Shown here: positions 18,566 through 28,711 of the stretch, piece after piece
Numbering within the stretch: position 1 is the first letter of the stretch
Layout: each line of letters starts with the position of its first letter
Assembly (NCBI GenBank): GCA_965248445.1
Contig: CBDFJG010000004.1
Location: 1,664,001-1,728,000 of the forward strand
Length of the DNA stretch: 64,000 bases
Direction of reading: 5' to 3'
Source of the DNA: Planctomycetota bacterium
GTDB lineage: Bacteria > Planctomycetota > JAJSAM01 > JAJVHW01
Position numbers and translations under genes: made by a program
The notes under the pieces: model-generated
What the model was told of the DNA's origin: nothing
The model's database searches: none
What the model saw: only the letters and a program-made list of their open reading frames with translations

Positions 18566-19778
18566 AACGCGCCCTCGGGCCGCACCAGTGCGCGAAGGGG
18601 CTGTCGGTTCGAATCCGGCTCCACATGCGCTTCTGCCAGCGAGGCCGTTCGTCGCCCTTGATCACGTTGCACATGAAGTGCGCGAGTTGGATGTTGCCCT
18701 CGTGGTGCGGGCCGCCCTTCGCCAGGGGAACGATGTGGTCGAGGGTCCCCTGCCACGTGAACCCGGCGTAGGAGACGATGGGGAGATCGCAGAGCGCGCA
18801 CATGTTGCGGTGGAGCCGCACAACCCTCGCGCGACGGATCGTCGGGCTCCGCGACTGCCCCTCGGCGGCGCGCCGGTTTCGACGCCGTGCTCAAGTACCG
18901 CAACGCTGCGCGCAAGAGCGCGCCCTCGGGCCAGCGGGCGCGGCGAACGCCGCACCGCACTCAGCACAGAAGCGCGTCTCACGCGGGAGCGCACAACTCG
19001 CACGCGACGTGTGGCATCGCTCCGAACAGGTCCGGCTGCCGTGCCGTGGGGTGAAAGAGCGCCCGCAGACGTTGCATGACCTCTGAGCGGCGGCCTCACG
19101 CTGGCTCGCCAGGTCTGCTTCGGGATCCTGGCGGTGCTCTCGCTGGAAGGCGTGGGCGCAGTCGCGAGAGCAGAACGACGTTCGCTCGACACTCTTGGGG
19201 ACGTACGTCGTGCCGCACGCTCGGCGCGCACGGCTGGCCGTTTCGCACGAGCGGCAGCGACCGTCGCGACGCGTGCATGCCGCGCCACAGTTCACGCAGG
19301 GCCACCGCCGGTACGGGGTGAGCCCGCACGAGTAGCAGGCGCGCCGCCTATTGTCCGTGCGAAGGCGAGGCCGGAACTCCTCGCCGCAGAAACGGCACGG
19401 GCGAGGGCGGTTCCACCGCGGGGACTGCGCGTGTCGGCGACGACCGCGGTCCCGGCTCGCTCGGGCGCGGCACGGACGGCACCGCACACGCATGCGTCCA
19501 CGCGCGGCGAGAGGACCGACGTCGCCGCCACAGCCGATGCAGGGACGGGATGTCCGCGCGGTCGTCCGCGGCGGTTGGCAGGCGAGGCATCGGACCCTCG
19601 GACTCCCGGGGATCGTACCCGGTGGAGGGAGCGGACCGCCGCAGTCCCGGCACGCCCGCGCGGCCGATTGCGGGGAGTTCAAAACCTGCACGCAAGCGTG
19701 CGCGAGTCCCCCGCCGGTCCAGCTGGCCGAGGTGCCCACGGCCGATCCCGCCCCTCCCCCTGCCACCTCGTCAGCCAT
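18558..19778 (-). pseudogene. Multi-zinc-finger HNH endonuclease interrupted by in-frame TGA at 18891-18893
   Basis: More than ten CxxC/CxxxC pairs, then TGA, then same-frame CALC...TLDHIVPLAKGGPHHEGNIQLAHFMCN. Start uncertain. Confidence 0.8.
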
Positions 19779-20925
19779 GGGAGGCGGCCTCGGCCGAGGC
19801 GAGTTCCGGCACCTCCCCGGCGAGCCCGATGTCGGAACCGAAGGCGGCGAACAGCAGCGGGAGTTCCTGGAGCGCGTTGCGCGCGGCGGGCTTGGACTGT
19901 GCGACGCGGTTGCGGTCCTCGGGACGCGCGCCGCGGACGCGGTACGCATCGATGGCGTCGCGCAGCTTCATGGCCGAACGCAGGACCTCGGCGAGATAGT
20001 CGCGGTCGGCGGGCTCGGTCAGCTCGCGCAGCTCCGCGAGCGTCTCCGCACCCACTTCGAGCGCCTGCTCGATCTGGCGGCGCGAGAGCTTGATCTCGCG
20101 GTTCAGCACCGCGCGGCGCGCGCGGGGAACGGCACGCTCCAGGGCGTCGATGGCCTCGGCGAACGCGGCGGCGCGACGAACGGTCTTCTCGCCGACGCCG
20201 GCCGCTGCGCCGAGGGTGTGCGCGGTCCCGTTCGTCTTCAAGTGGTCACTTTGACCTCTTGAACGAGCGCCGCCGTGACCGGCGTTCTCCGCGACGTACT
20301 GGCGTCCAAGGTAGTACATCGCCCAGTGCGACGTGAGCGAACGCCGGGTCCGCTGCGCCGTGACGAACCACGCCAGCGCCGCCGCTCGGTCGGGGAAGGA
20401 GATCTTCGCGACCTGGAACGCGATGCCGTCCTCGCGACAGATCGCCAGCCGGTTGTGGCCGTCGAGCAGGATGTCCTGCTCCTGCCACACCACCAGCGCA
20501 TCGCGGCAGCCCTCGGTGCGTAGCGACTCGCGCAGCACCGCGCGCGTGGCGTCGTCCATCGGCGCGCCGAGTTCGACGAGTTCGGGGTCGATGCGGGGTG
20601 ACCCGGTGGCTGCGGTCGCCTCGCGAAGAACGTAGGGAACGTCGTCCGCTCGGCGGAGTCGCGTCCACTTGGGCTCGCCCTTCGCCTTCGCGTAGACGCG
20701 GGAGCACCGCGGCGGCGTGAGCGGCAGGTCGAACGAGAGGAGCCCGCTCGCCACCGACTCGGCAATCTCCTCGGGACCGGTGAGGACCGACGCCTCGACG
20801 CCCGGCTCGGCGTTGACGGTCTCGGGCTCGTCGTCCCCGTCCAGCGCCGCCTCCAGGACGGCGGAGCCTGCCGGAGTCCTCCAGGCCAGATCGAGGTCGG
20901 TCAGTGCGACGGCGTAGCGGGTCAT
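19771..20925 (-). CDS. Phage ParB/Srx-like domain protein with HTH
   Basis: SLRTEGCRDALVVW...LLDGHNRLAIC...QRTRRSL; GVGEKTVRR HTH-like segment. Confidence 0.75.
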   Translation of the reverse strand: MTRYAVALTDLDLAWRTPAGSAVLEAALDGDDEPETVNAEPGVEASVLTGPEEIAESVASGLLSFDLPLTPPRCSRVYAKAKGEPKWTRLRRADDVPYVLREATAATGSPRIDPELVELGAPMDDATRAVLRESLRTEGCRDALVVWQEQDILLDGHNRLAICREDGIAFQVAKISFPDRAAALAWFVTAQRTRRSLTSHWAMYYLGRQYVAENAGHGGARSRGQSDHLKTNGTAHTLGAAAGVGEKTVRRAAAFAEAIDALERAVPRARRAVLNREIKLSRRQIEQALEVGAETLAELRELTEPADRDYLAEVLRSAMKLRDAIDAYRVRGARPEDRNRVAQSKPAARNALQELPLLFAAFGSDIGLAGEVPELASAEAASHG

Positions 20926-21215
20926 TGGAGGACCCTTCGCCGCTTGCGGCCGAACCCGCCGTTCTCGCGCACGGTCTTGCGGCTGTGGCAGGACCGGCAG
21001 AGCGTGCAGAGGTTCGACGGCGTGTGGTTCTCCCGGTTGCCGCCCTTGCCGCTCCACGACCTCGGGTAGCGCTTCGATCCAGAGGGCCGCATCGAGTCGA
21101 TCTCAGCGCGCCGCGCACGCAGGTGGCGGCGCTCGTGCTCGGGGCAGCGGGCCCCGCCCCGCACGAGAGCGGGACAGCCGGTGTGGGCGCAGCCGCGGGG
21201 AGGTCGATGTGGCAC
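20922..21215 (-). pseudogene. Terminase-associated HNH protein with apparent in-frame internal deletion
   Basis: CAHTGC...CPEH N-terminus and NLCTLCRSCHSRKT C-terminus, but the usual central CxxC...DH segment is missing. Confidence 0.65.
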
Positions 21216-21262
21216 GCCCCCAACGTGCGGCCACGCGGAGCGTCGTGCGACTCGGCCCGCGT

Positions 21263-21721
21263 TCAGGGCGCGCGGCCGTAGCGCGGGGCGGGCAAGGGGG
21301 AACGCCGGACACCGGCGGTGCGCCAGCCCTCTTTCGTCGCGCGGTGCTCGAGCCAGCACTCGGCGCTGCAGTAGAAGCGCTTGGGCGGCCGGATGAAGCA
21401 ACCACAGACCTTGCACGTGGGCGATCCGCTCAGGATGCGGTCCGAGCGGTCGAGGCGGGGAAGCGGAGGGATCGTCCGCATGGGCGGCGGCGGCGGGAAG
21501 CCGCACACCGGACACGCGTCGATCCGCGGGAGACGGGAGCGGAGCCAACTGCGGGCGACCGCGATCTCCGGGCAGCCCATCCTGCGCATGCGCTGCTGCT
21601 GCTCCTCGCAGAGCGCGCAGTCGCCGTGCGGACAGCAGCCCACGCCGTGGAGAAGGCCGACGAGGCAGTGCCGGGCCTCGCGGTTCCAGGCGATGCAGGG
21701 CGCGTCGGGGCGAAGCACCAC
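21263..21721 (-). CDS. Cys-rich phage hypothetical protein
   Basis: Motifs CALC, CPVC, CKVC, YCSAEC. Confidence 0.55.
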   Translation of the reverse strand: MVLRPDAPCIAWNREARHCLVGLLHGVGCCPHGDCALCEEQQQRMRRMGCPEIAVARSWLRSRLPRIDACPVCGFPPPPPMRTIPPLPRLDRSDRILSGSPTCKVCGCFIRPPKRFYCSAECWLEHRATKEGWRTAGVRRSPLPAPRYGRAP

Positions 21722-21724
21722 GCG

Positions 21725-22453
21725 TCACGCCGCACCGACCCCGACGCGGCGGCGCCACGGCTGCTCGACGTCGGGGTTCGAGAACCGAAGCGTGCTCCCA
21801 CGCGCGTGTTCGATCGTGATCGCCTCGCGGGAGACGGAGGCAATCGTCGAGTCCCCTGAGAGGAAGCAGACGAGGCCCCAGTCGCCTCCGCAGGGGAACG
21901 CAATGCGGGCGCGGTTCTGGTAGAGCGCGGCCTCGGACCAACGCTTCGCGACCGCCTCGTCCCGGATGGCGTCCACCTTGGCGACGGCGTCGGGTGAGAC
22001 GGGCTCGGCGAACGGCCACGAGCCACTGGCCGGATGGGCGTGACCACCACGCCCGCCGTCCGGAGAGCTTGGCGAGCTCCCAGTGAAGACGTCGGCGAAC
22101 CCGTCGTCATCGCCTCGTGGCGGTTCGTAGGTGGCGGGGTCGAGCGCCTCGACCGCAACGAGAAGGGCTGGCTCCCCAAGGTGGGCCAACGCCCAGTCGT
22201 GGACCTCGTTGAAGCGGCGCCGGAACACCTCGAACGGCGCGCGCGCCAATCGGCCGGCGTCGGCCGCCCGCTTGGCGACGGCCATCTTGTGGCGTAACCA
22301 CGCGTAGTAGGCGGGGTCGAGCAGGCGGTAGCACCGGCCGCTGATCACCACGTCGTCGGCGAACACGTGGGGCGGCTCGGAGGTGAAGTGGTCCAGGTCG
22401 GTCCCGACCCACAGCGCCGGGTCGCCGGAAGAGCAGGTGCCCATACTGTTCAC
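21725..22453 (-). CDS. Phage hypothetical protein
   Basis: 242-aa ORF with ordinary globular composition, co-oriented with the phage genes. Confidence 0.65.
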   Translation of the reverse strand: MNSMGTCSSGDPALWVGTDLDHFTSEPPHVFADDVVISGRCYRLLDPAYYAWLRHKMAVAKRAADAGRLARAPFEVFRRRFNEVHDWALAHLGEPALLVAVEALDPATYEPPRGDDDGFADVFTGSSPSSPDGGRGGHAHPASGSWPFAEPVSPDAVAKVDAIRDEAVAKRWSEAALYQNRARIAFPCGGDWGLVCFLSGDSTIASVSREAITIEHARGSTLRFSNPDVEQPWRRRVGVGAA

Positions 22454-22494
22454 CTACCGGAAGCGCGGCCGAGGTGGCGGTCGGGGCGATCGTT

Positions 22495-22713
22495 GCGGGA
22501 TGTGGTGCCGCACTGCGGGATGTCGTGCGGGATGTGCGGGGACCACATCCCGCGACGTACCCGGCTGCAGGATCAGGGCTTGCGACCACCTGCGGGATGT
22601 CGCGGGATGTCTGAGCTCTGCACCGCCGGTGCGCGTGTGCGCGCGCGTAGTAGATCTTCTTGATTCCTACTGCGCGCGCGCCCGCACCCGTGGGGGTACC
22701 GAGCACATCCCGC
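22495..22713. repeat. Iteron-like 9-bp repeats GCGGGATGT (5 direct, 2 inverted)
   Basis: Direct at 22495, 22515, 22527, 22592, 22602; inverted (ACATCCCGC) at 22545 and 22705. Confidence 0.8.
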
Positions 22714-22735
22714 AACATCCAGGGAGGCAAGCTAA

Positions 22736-22763
22736 CCCGAATCGTTCACCAGCCGGGAATCTG
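22736..22763 (+). mobile_element. Orphan left end of IS1380
   Basis: cccgaatcgttcaccagccgggaatctg is identical to 7320-7347; preceded by CTAA; cut by the IS3 at 22762. Confidence 0.85.
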
Positions 22764-22794
22764 GAGTTCCCCCGGTTCGGTGGACACCCGGGGA

Positions 22795-23652
22795 CTATGA
22801 TACGGCGGCCTCCGGCCGTCGCCGCCTCTCGAACTCGATGGGCGACAGGTCCTCGATGGAGGAGTGTCGCCGCTGCGGATTGTAGAAGCCCTCGATGAAG
22901 TCGAACACCGCCAACCGCGCTGCGGACTTGGTCGAAAAGCTGGTGCGGTCGATCAACTCGGTCTCGAGCGTGGCGAAGAAGCTCTCGCACATGGCGTTGT
23001 CGTAGGCGTCTCCGACCGATCCCATGGACGGCCTGACGCCCGCTTCTCTGCAGCGCCGCCCGAAGGCGAGCGACGTGTACTGGCAGCCCTGGTCGGAGTG
23101 GTGGACGACTCCGAGGGGCTGGCGCTGGCGCACGGCCATCTCGAGTGCGTCCAGCACGATCTTGGTGTGGAGCGTCGTGGCCATGGACCAGCCGACGATC
23201 CGGCGGCTCCAGACGTCGAGGACGACCGCCAGGTACAGGAACCCCGTCCAGGTCGGCACGTACGTGATGTCGGCCACCCAGAGCTGATCGGGTGCGTCGG
23301 CCGTGAAGTCGCGATCGACCAGGTCGGCGGCCGGCGCCTGACGCTGCGAGCGCTTCGTGGTCTTGGCTCTCTTGCGGCGGCTCACGCCCTCGATCCCAGC
23401 CTGGCGCATGAGGCGCTCGACGCGCTTCCTACCGATGTGGAGGCCCTCGTAGCGCAGCTCGGCATGGATGCGCGGTGATCCGTACGTCTGGCGAGAGCGC
23501 TCGTGGATCTCGCGGACGCGCTCGGTCAGGGCAGCGTCCTCGCGATCTCTCTTCGAGGGCGCACGGCCGCGCGATGCGTAGTACCCGCTCCTCGAGACGC
23601 CGAGGACCCGACACATGGTGGCCACGTCGTGCTCTGCCTGGTGATCGCTCAC
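22795..23652 (-). CDS. IS3-family transposase OrfB
   Basis: YGSPRI, PDQLWVADITY, HSDQGCQY, YDNAMCESFF, FYNPQRRHS. Confidence 0.95.
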   Translation of the reverse strand: MSDHQAEHDVATMCRVLGVSRSGYYASRGRAPSKRDREDAALTERVREIHERSRQTYGSPRIHAELRYEGLHIGRKRVERLMRQAGIEGVSRRKRAKTTKRSQRQAPAADLVDRDFTADAPDQLWVADITYVPTWTGFLYLAVVLDVWSRRIVGWSMATTLHTKIVLDALEMAVRQRQPLGVVHHSDQGCQYTSLAFGRRCREAGVRPSMGSVGDAYDNAMCESFFATLETELIDRTSFSTKSAARLAVFDFIEGFYNPQRRHSSIEDLSPIEFERRRRPEAAVS

Positions 23653-23963
23653 GAACCCGAACCCTTCTCTGGGATCGAGCGCGTCTCCCGAGCGAACCAG
23701 GCCGCGGCTTTTTTCAAGATGTCGCGCTCCTCGCGCAGCCGGCGCACATCTCGTCTGAGCTTGCGCAGCTCATCGCGCTCCGCGGTGGTCAAGCCGTCGT
23801 CACGCTCTCCGGCGTCCAGCGCGGCCTGCTTGATCCACTTGCGGATCGTCATCTCCGTCGGCTCGAACTCGCGGCACAGGCTCATCACGCTCCGGCCGGC
23901 GCGGTGCAACTCGACGATCTGGCGCTTGTACTCCTCGTCGTACGGTGGTCTCGATCTGGGCAT
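23649..23963 (-). CDS. IS3-family transposase OrfA
   Basis: [28 protein letters not shown] with TTGAAAAAAGCC -1 frameshift motif. Confidence 0.93.
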   Translation of the reverse strand: MPRSRPPYDEEYKRQIVELHRAGRSVMSLCREFEPTEMTIRKWIKQAALDAGERDDGLTTAERDELRKLRRDVRRLREERDILKKAAAWFARETRSIPEKGSGS

Positions 23964-24130
23964 CTGGACATCCTCCCAACCTCAGTGGTCGGGTGTCCAC
24001 CGAACCGGGGGAACTCCAGAATTGGCCTCGGGTTGAGAGCGCTCCGTTCGTCAGAGAACGTAGACTCGCCCCTCGCCCGCGAGCGCCCCCTGCATCTCCA
24101 CCACCAGCATCTCCACTATGCGGAGGCACG

Positions 24131-25273
<1,143 letters not shown>

Positions 25274-25534
25274 GCGCATAGGCGACAGACGTGGCCGAGA
25301 GAACAGCCGTCATCGTTCACGCACTCGCGCGTGCGCACGGGGATCCCTCGATCGCCCCAGCGCCACGGGTTCGAAGAGAGCCGGGGTCCGGACCACGAGT
25401 TTTCGTCCTGGCCGAGCGAGCGGCACGAGATCCAGGCGGCGAGGCGAAGTCGGGCCCTCAGCGGCCCGTTCGAGCCCGAGCCAACGCAGCGATCGTGTCG
25501 CTCGCGAAGTGCCAGGCGGGTGAGGGTGTGAACC

Positions 25535-26446
25535 ATGCCGGCTAGCCCCATCGATCCGGAGATCATCAGCCGGGTCCACAAGATCGACCTGCGTGCGCGC
25601 CTGGTCGTAGAGGGCTACGTCTCCGGACTCCACAAGAGTCCGTACAAGGGGTTCAGCGTCGAGTTCGCCGAACACCGCGAGTACGTGCCCGGCGACGACC
25701 TGCGCTACCTGGACTGGAAGGTCTTCGGGAAGTCCGACCGGTACTACGTCAAGCAGTACGAGGAGGAGACGAACCTCGTCTGCCAGGTGCTGCTCGACGT
25801 GTCCGAGTCGATGGACTTCAGCACGGGTGACGTCCTCAAGAAGGACTACGCGGTGACGCTCGCTGCGGCGATCTCGTATCTCGTCATCAAGCAGCACGAC
25901 GCCGTCGGCATGGTCACGTTCGACGACGCCGTGCGGGATGTCCTACAGCCGGGAAGCAGCGAGGGTCAGCTGCGCCGCGTGTTCACGCTGCTCGAAGAGT
26001 GCACGACCGGCGGCGAGACTGCGATCGGCAAGGTGCTCGCGCGCGTGGCCGAGCGCGTGCGCAAACGCGGCCTCGTCGTGCTGATCAGCGACCTCGTGGG
26101 TCCGACTGACGAGGTGCTCGCCGGACTGCGGAGACTGCGTTCGCGCGGTCACGACATCATCGTCATGCACGTGCTCGATCCGGCCGAACTGACGTTCCCG
26201 TTCGAGCGGCTGACGCTGTTCGAAGGACTCGAAGCGTATCCCGACCTCCTGGCCGACCCGAAAGCGCTGCGCGAGGCGTACATGTCGGGCGTCGAGGAGT
26301 TCATGCGCAAACTCCGCGCGGGCTGTCTCACGGAGCGCATCGATCTCGTTGAGATGAACACCGAGACGCCGCTCGACATCGCGCTCTCCTCGTACCTGGC
26401 CAAGCGCGCCATGACAGGCAGAACCGGCCGGGCGGGGCGCGGGTAG
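25535..26446 (+). CDS. DUF58 domain protein (vWA-like MoxR partner)
   Basis: GLHKSPYKGFSVEFAEHREYVPGDDLRYLDWK; MIDAS-like LLDVSESM; ISD. Confidence 0.95.
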   Translation: MPASPIDPEIISRVHKIDLRARLVVEGYVSGLHKSPYKGFSVEFAEHREYVPGDDLRYLDWKVFGKSDRYYVKQYEEETNLVCQVLLDVSESMDFSTGDVLKKDYAVTLAAAISYLVIKQHDAVGMVTFDDAVRDVLQPGSSEGQLRRVFTLLEECTTGGETAIGKVLARVAERVRKRGLVVLISDLVGPTDEVLAGLRRLRSRGHDIIVMHVLDPAELTFPFERLTLFEGLEAYPDLLADPKALREAYMSGVEEFMRKLRAGCLTERIDLVEMNTETPLDIALSSYLAKRAMTGRTGRAGRG

Positions 26447-26449
26447 GAC

Positions 26450-28711
26450 ATGCAGTTCCTGAACCCGCTGCTGCTCTGGGGACTGACGGCCGCCGCCGTG
26501 CCGATCGTCATCCACTTGCTGAACCGCCGCCGGTACCGACGCCAGCGCTGGGCGGCGATGGAGTGGCTCCTCGCCGCCGTGAAGAAGCACCAACGGAAAC
26601 TGCGCCTCGAGAGCCTGCTCCTGCTTCTCCTGCGTACGCTCGCGGTGTTGCTGCTGGCGTTGGCGCTGGCGCGGCCGTTCCTCTCGGGCGCACCCGCTGC
26701 AGTGGCGGCGACGCAGCAGACGCATCTCGTCCTGGTGATGGACAACTCCGCCAGCATGGGCGCCCGGTCCGGTCTGCGAACAACGTTCGACGAGGCCGTC
26801 TCGACGGCGACGTCGCTCGTCGGCGAACTCGGGAGCGACGCGCCCGTCACGCTCGTCGTTTCGAACGACAACCTGAGCTTGCACCGCCCCACCGGGCGCC
26901 CCCGCCTCCTGTTGCGTGAGAGCCGCGACCACGACAAGGTCCGGCAACTGCTCGGGGAGCTGCGCCCGGCGCCGGCTCGGGCCGACCTCGTCGAGACCCT
27001 CAAGATCGTGGACGAGTCGCTTCCGGATGCCGCGCCGATCCGGCGCAAGATCGCCGTGGTTACCGACCGGCAGCGCGCCACCGTCGATCGGTCGGCCGGG
27101 GCCAGCACGGACTCGGAGGGCGCTGCCATCGATCAGGTCGCAGCGCTGCTCCAGCGACTGAACGAGAAGTCCGCCGAGGTCCTGCTCATGTCGGTCGGTC
27201 GTCCGAGCGGCAACGTTGCCGTCGTCTCGGTTCGTCCGGAGTCGGACCGCGACGTGCTGCTCGGCGCGCCAACGCCGTTCGTCGCCGAAGTCGTGAACTA
27301 CTCCGACACACCGCAGCGCGTCGAGTTGCGGTTCCTGGTCGACGGTGAGGAGCGCGGCGACAGCGTGGCGTGGCTCGACCTGCCGCCACGTCCCGCCGGG
27401 CTCGCGCGGCCCGCTGCGCGGTCACACCGGTTCGTGATCACGTTCGGGAAGGACGAGATCGGACCGCACTCCGTGGAGGCGCGCATCCCGGCGGACGCAT
27501 TCCCGCTGGACGACGTGCGGAGCTACGCGTTCGAGGTCCGTCCACAGATCCGCGTGCTGGTGGTTGACGGCGACCCGAACCCGACCGACGAGACGGCGGC
27601 GCGGGAGACGTGGACCCTCGGGCCCGCGCTGGCACTGCGCGACGAGGGGCCGATCGAAGTGCTCGTGGTTCACGACAGCGACTACCGCCGCGCAGAGTCC
27701 CTCGAGGAGTGGGACATGGTGATCCTCGCGAACGTCCGCCGGCCGGCGCCGGACGCGGCGACGCGGGACAAGCTCGAGGCGTTCGTGCGCAAGGGCGGCG
27801 CCCTGCTCCTCACCGTCGGCGACCTGACCGATCCGGCGACGTGGAACGACGAGTTGTGGCGCGGCGGAGACGGCCCTCTGCCCGTACCGCTCGTCGAGGC
27901 GCGCGTTCGCGAGAAAGCCTGGCTGCAGTTCGATCTCAGCGAGAACCGCCATCCCATCCTGCGCGAGATCACGCACCCCGCGAACTCCGCGCTCTTCCAG
28001 TCCCCACTCGTCCGTGGCTATATGGTCGTCGAGGACCCGGATGTCGCGACCGGCGCGCGCACGATCTTGAAGTTCACCGATCTGCCGCCATCGCCCGCGC
28101 TGATCGAACGCCGGTACGGACGCGGCCGCACGCTGCTTCTCACCACGACCGTCGACGATCTCTGGGGCGACCTCTCGACCAGCATGCTGTTCGTGCCGCT
28201 GCTCCACGAGACCGTCTACGCGGTGACCTCGAAGGGCGACGACGGACTCAACCTGCTCACGTTCCAGACGTTCTCGCGCGACTTCCCGTCGAACCTCGAG
28301 CGATTCGAACTCACGTATCCCGACGGGACTCCTGCCCGTGCGGATGTCGAGACACCCGTGGACTCGCCGAGCTACGTCGTGTTCCGCGGGACCGACCGCA
28401 CCGGCGTCTACGGCACGACGACGCACTTCAAGCCGAGCGACATCCTGTCCGCGCCACCGCCGCCGACGACCGGCGCGTTCGCCGTCGCGCTGACTCCGCT
28501 CGAGAGCGACCTGGCGCGAATCCCCAACGCCGAGGCGAGAGCGCGCTGGGAGGGACTCGCGCGCGTCGCCGACGATCTGGGGGTGGCTGCCGAGAGCGTG
28601 CGTTCCGGAGAGGGTGAGATCTCGCGGGCTCTGCTGATCGCAGCGCTTCTCTGCTTGCTCGCGGAGGTGGCGCTGGCCCGCCACATCGGACTGCAGAGGC
28701 AGAGCCGGTGA
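26450..28711 (+). CDS. BatA-domain + vWA membrane protein
   Basis: MQFLNP...AVPIVIHLL...LLLLLRTL..LALARP BatA N-terminus; VMDNSASM MIDAS; C-terminal TM. Confidence 0.92.
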   Translation: MQFLNPLLLWGLTAAAVPIVIHLLNRRRYRRQRWAAMEWLLAAVKKHQRKLRLESLLLLLLRTLAVLLLALALARPFLSGAPAAVAATQQTHLVLVMDNSASMGARSGLRTTFDEAVSTATSLVGELGSDAPVTLVVSNDNLSLHRPTGRPRLLLRESRDHDKVRQLLGELRPAPARADLVETLKIVDESLPDAAPIRRKIAVVTDRQRATVDRSAGASTDSEGAAIDQVAALLQRLNEKSAEVLLMSVGRPSGNVAVVSVRPESDRDVLLGAPTPFVAEVVNYSDTPQRVELRFLVDGEERGDSVAWLDLPPRPAGLARPAARSHRFVITFGKDEIGPHSVEARIPADAFPLDDVRSYAFEVRPQIRVLVVDGDPNPTDETAARETWTLGPALALRDEGPIEVLVVHDSDYRRAESLEEWDMVILANVRRPAPDAATRDKLEAFVRKGGALLLTVGDLTDPATWNDELWRGGDGPLPVPLVEARVREKAWLQFDLSENRHPILREITHPANSALFQSPLVRGYMVVEDPDVATGARTILKFTDLPPSPALIERRYGRGRTLLLTTTVDDLWGDLSTSMLFVPLLHETVYAVTSKGDDGLNLLTFQTFSRDFPSNLERFELTYPDGTPARADVETPVDSPSYVVFRGTDRTGVYGTTTHFKPSDILSAPPPPTTGAFAVALTPLESDLARIPNAEARARWEGLARVADDLGVAAESVRSGEGEISRALLIAALLCLLAEVALARHIGLQRQSR

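Larger units (their letters stand above)
12429..22735 (-). mobile_element. Defective prophage remnant (HK97-type packaging/head module plus upstream genes)
   Basis: Co-oriented HNH, TerS, MTase, TerL, portal, ClpP-like protease and capsid stub. No integrase, tail or lysis genes in the window. Confidence 0.88.
22762..24018 (-). mobile_element. IS3-family insertion sequence (second type, 1257 bp)
   Basis: Perfect 29-bp terminal IRs TGGAGTTCCCCCGGTTCGGTGGACACCCG at 22762-22790 and 23990-24018; orfA/orfB; A6G slippery site at 23714-23708. Confidence 0.95.

Noticed and set aside
18891..18893. Selenocysteine or programmed read-through at the in-frame TGA
   Set aside because: Not at a Cys-motif position, no evident SECIS, and neighbouring phage genes are also decayed; nonsense mutation is simpler.
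16977..21215. Restriction-modification or defence system (MTase + HNH)
   Set aside because: These are standard phage packaging-region genes and all appear inactivated.
12429..22735. Gene transfer agent or capsid-forming PICI
   Set aside because: Capsid and TerL are broken, and gene order fits an ordinary HK97-type phage.
2154..24018. tRNA-anchored prophage with attL/attR
   Set aside because: The tRNA duplicate is on the opposite side from the island, no further copy was seen near 22-24 kb, and there is no integrase.
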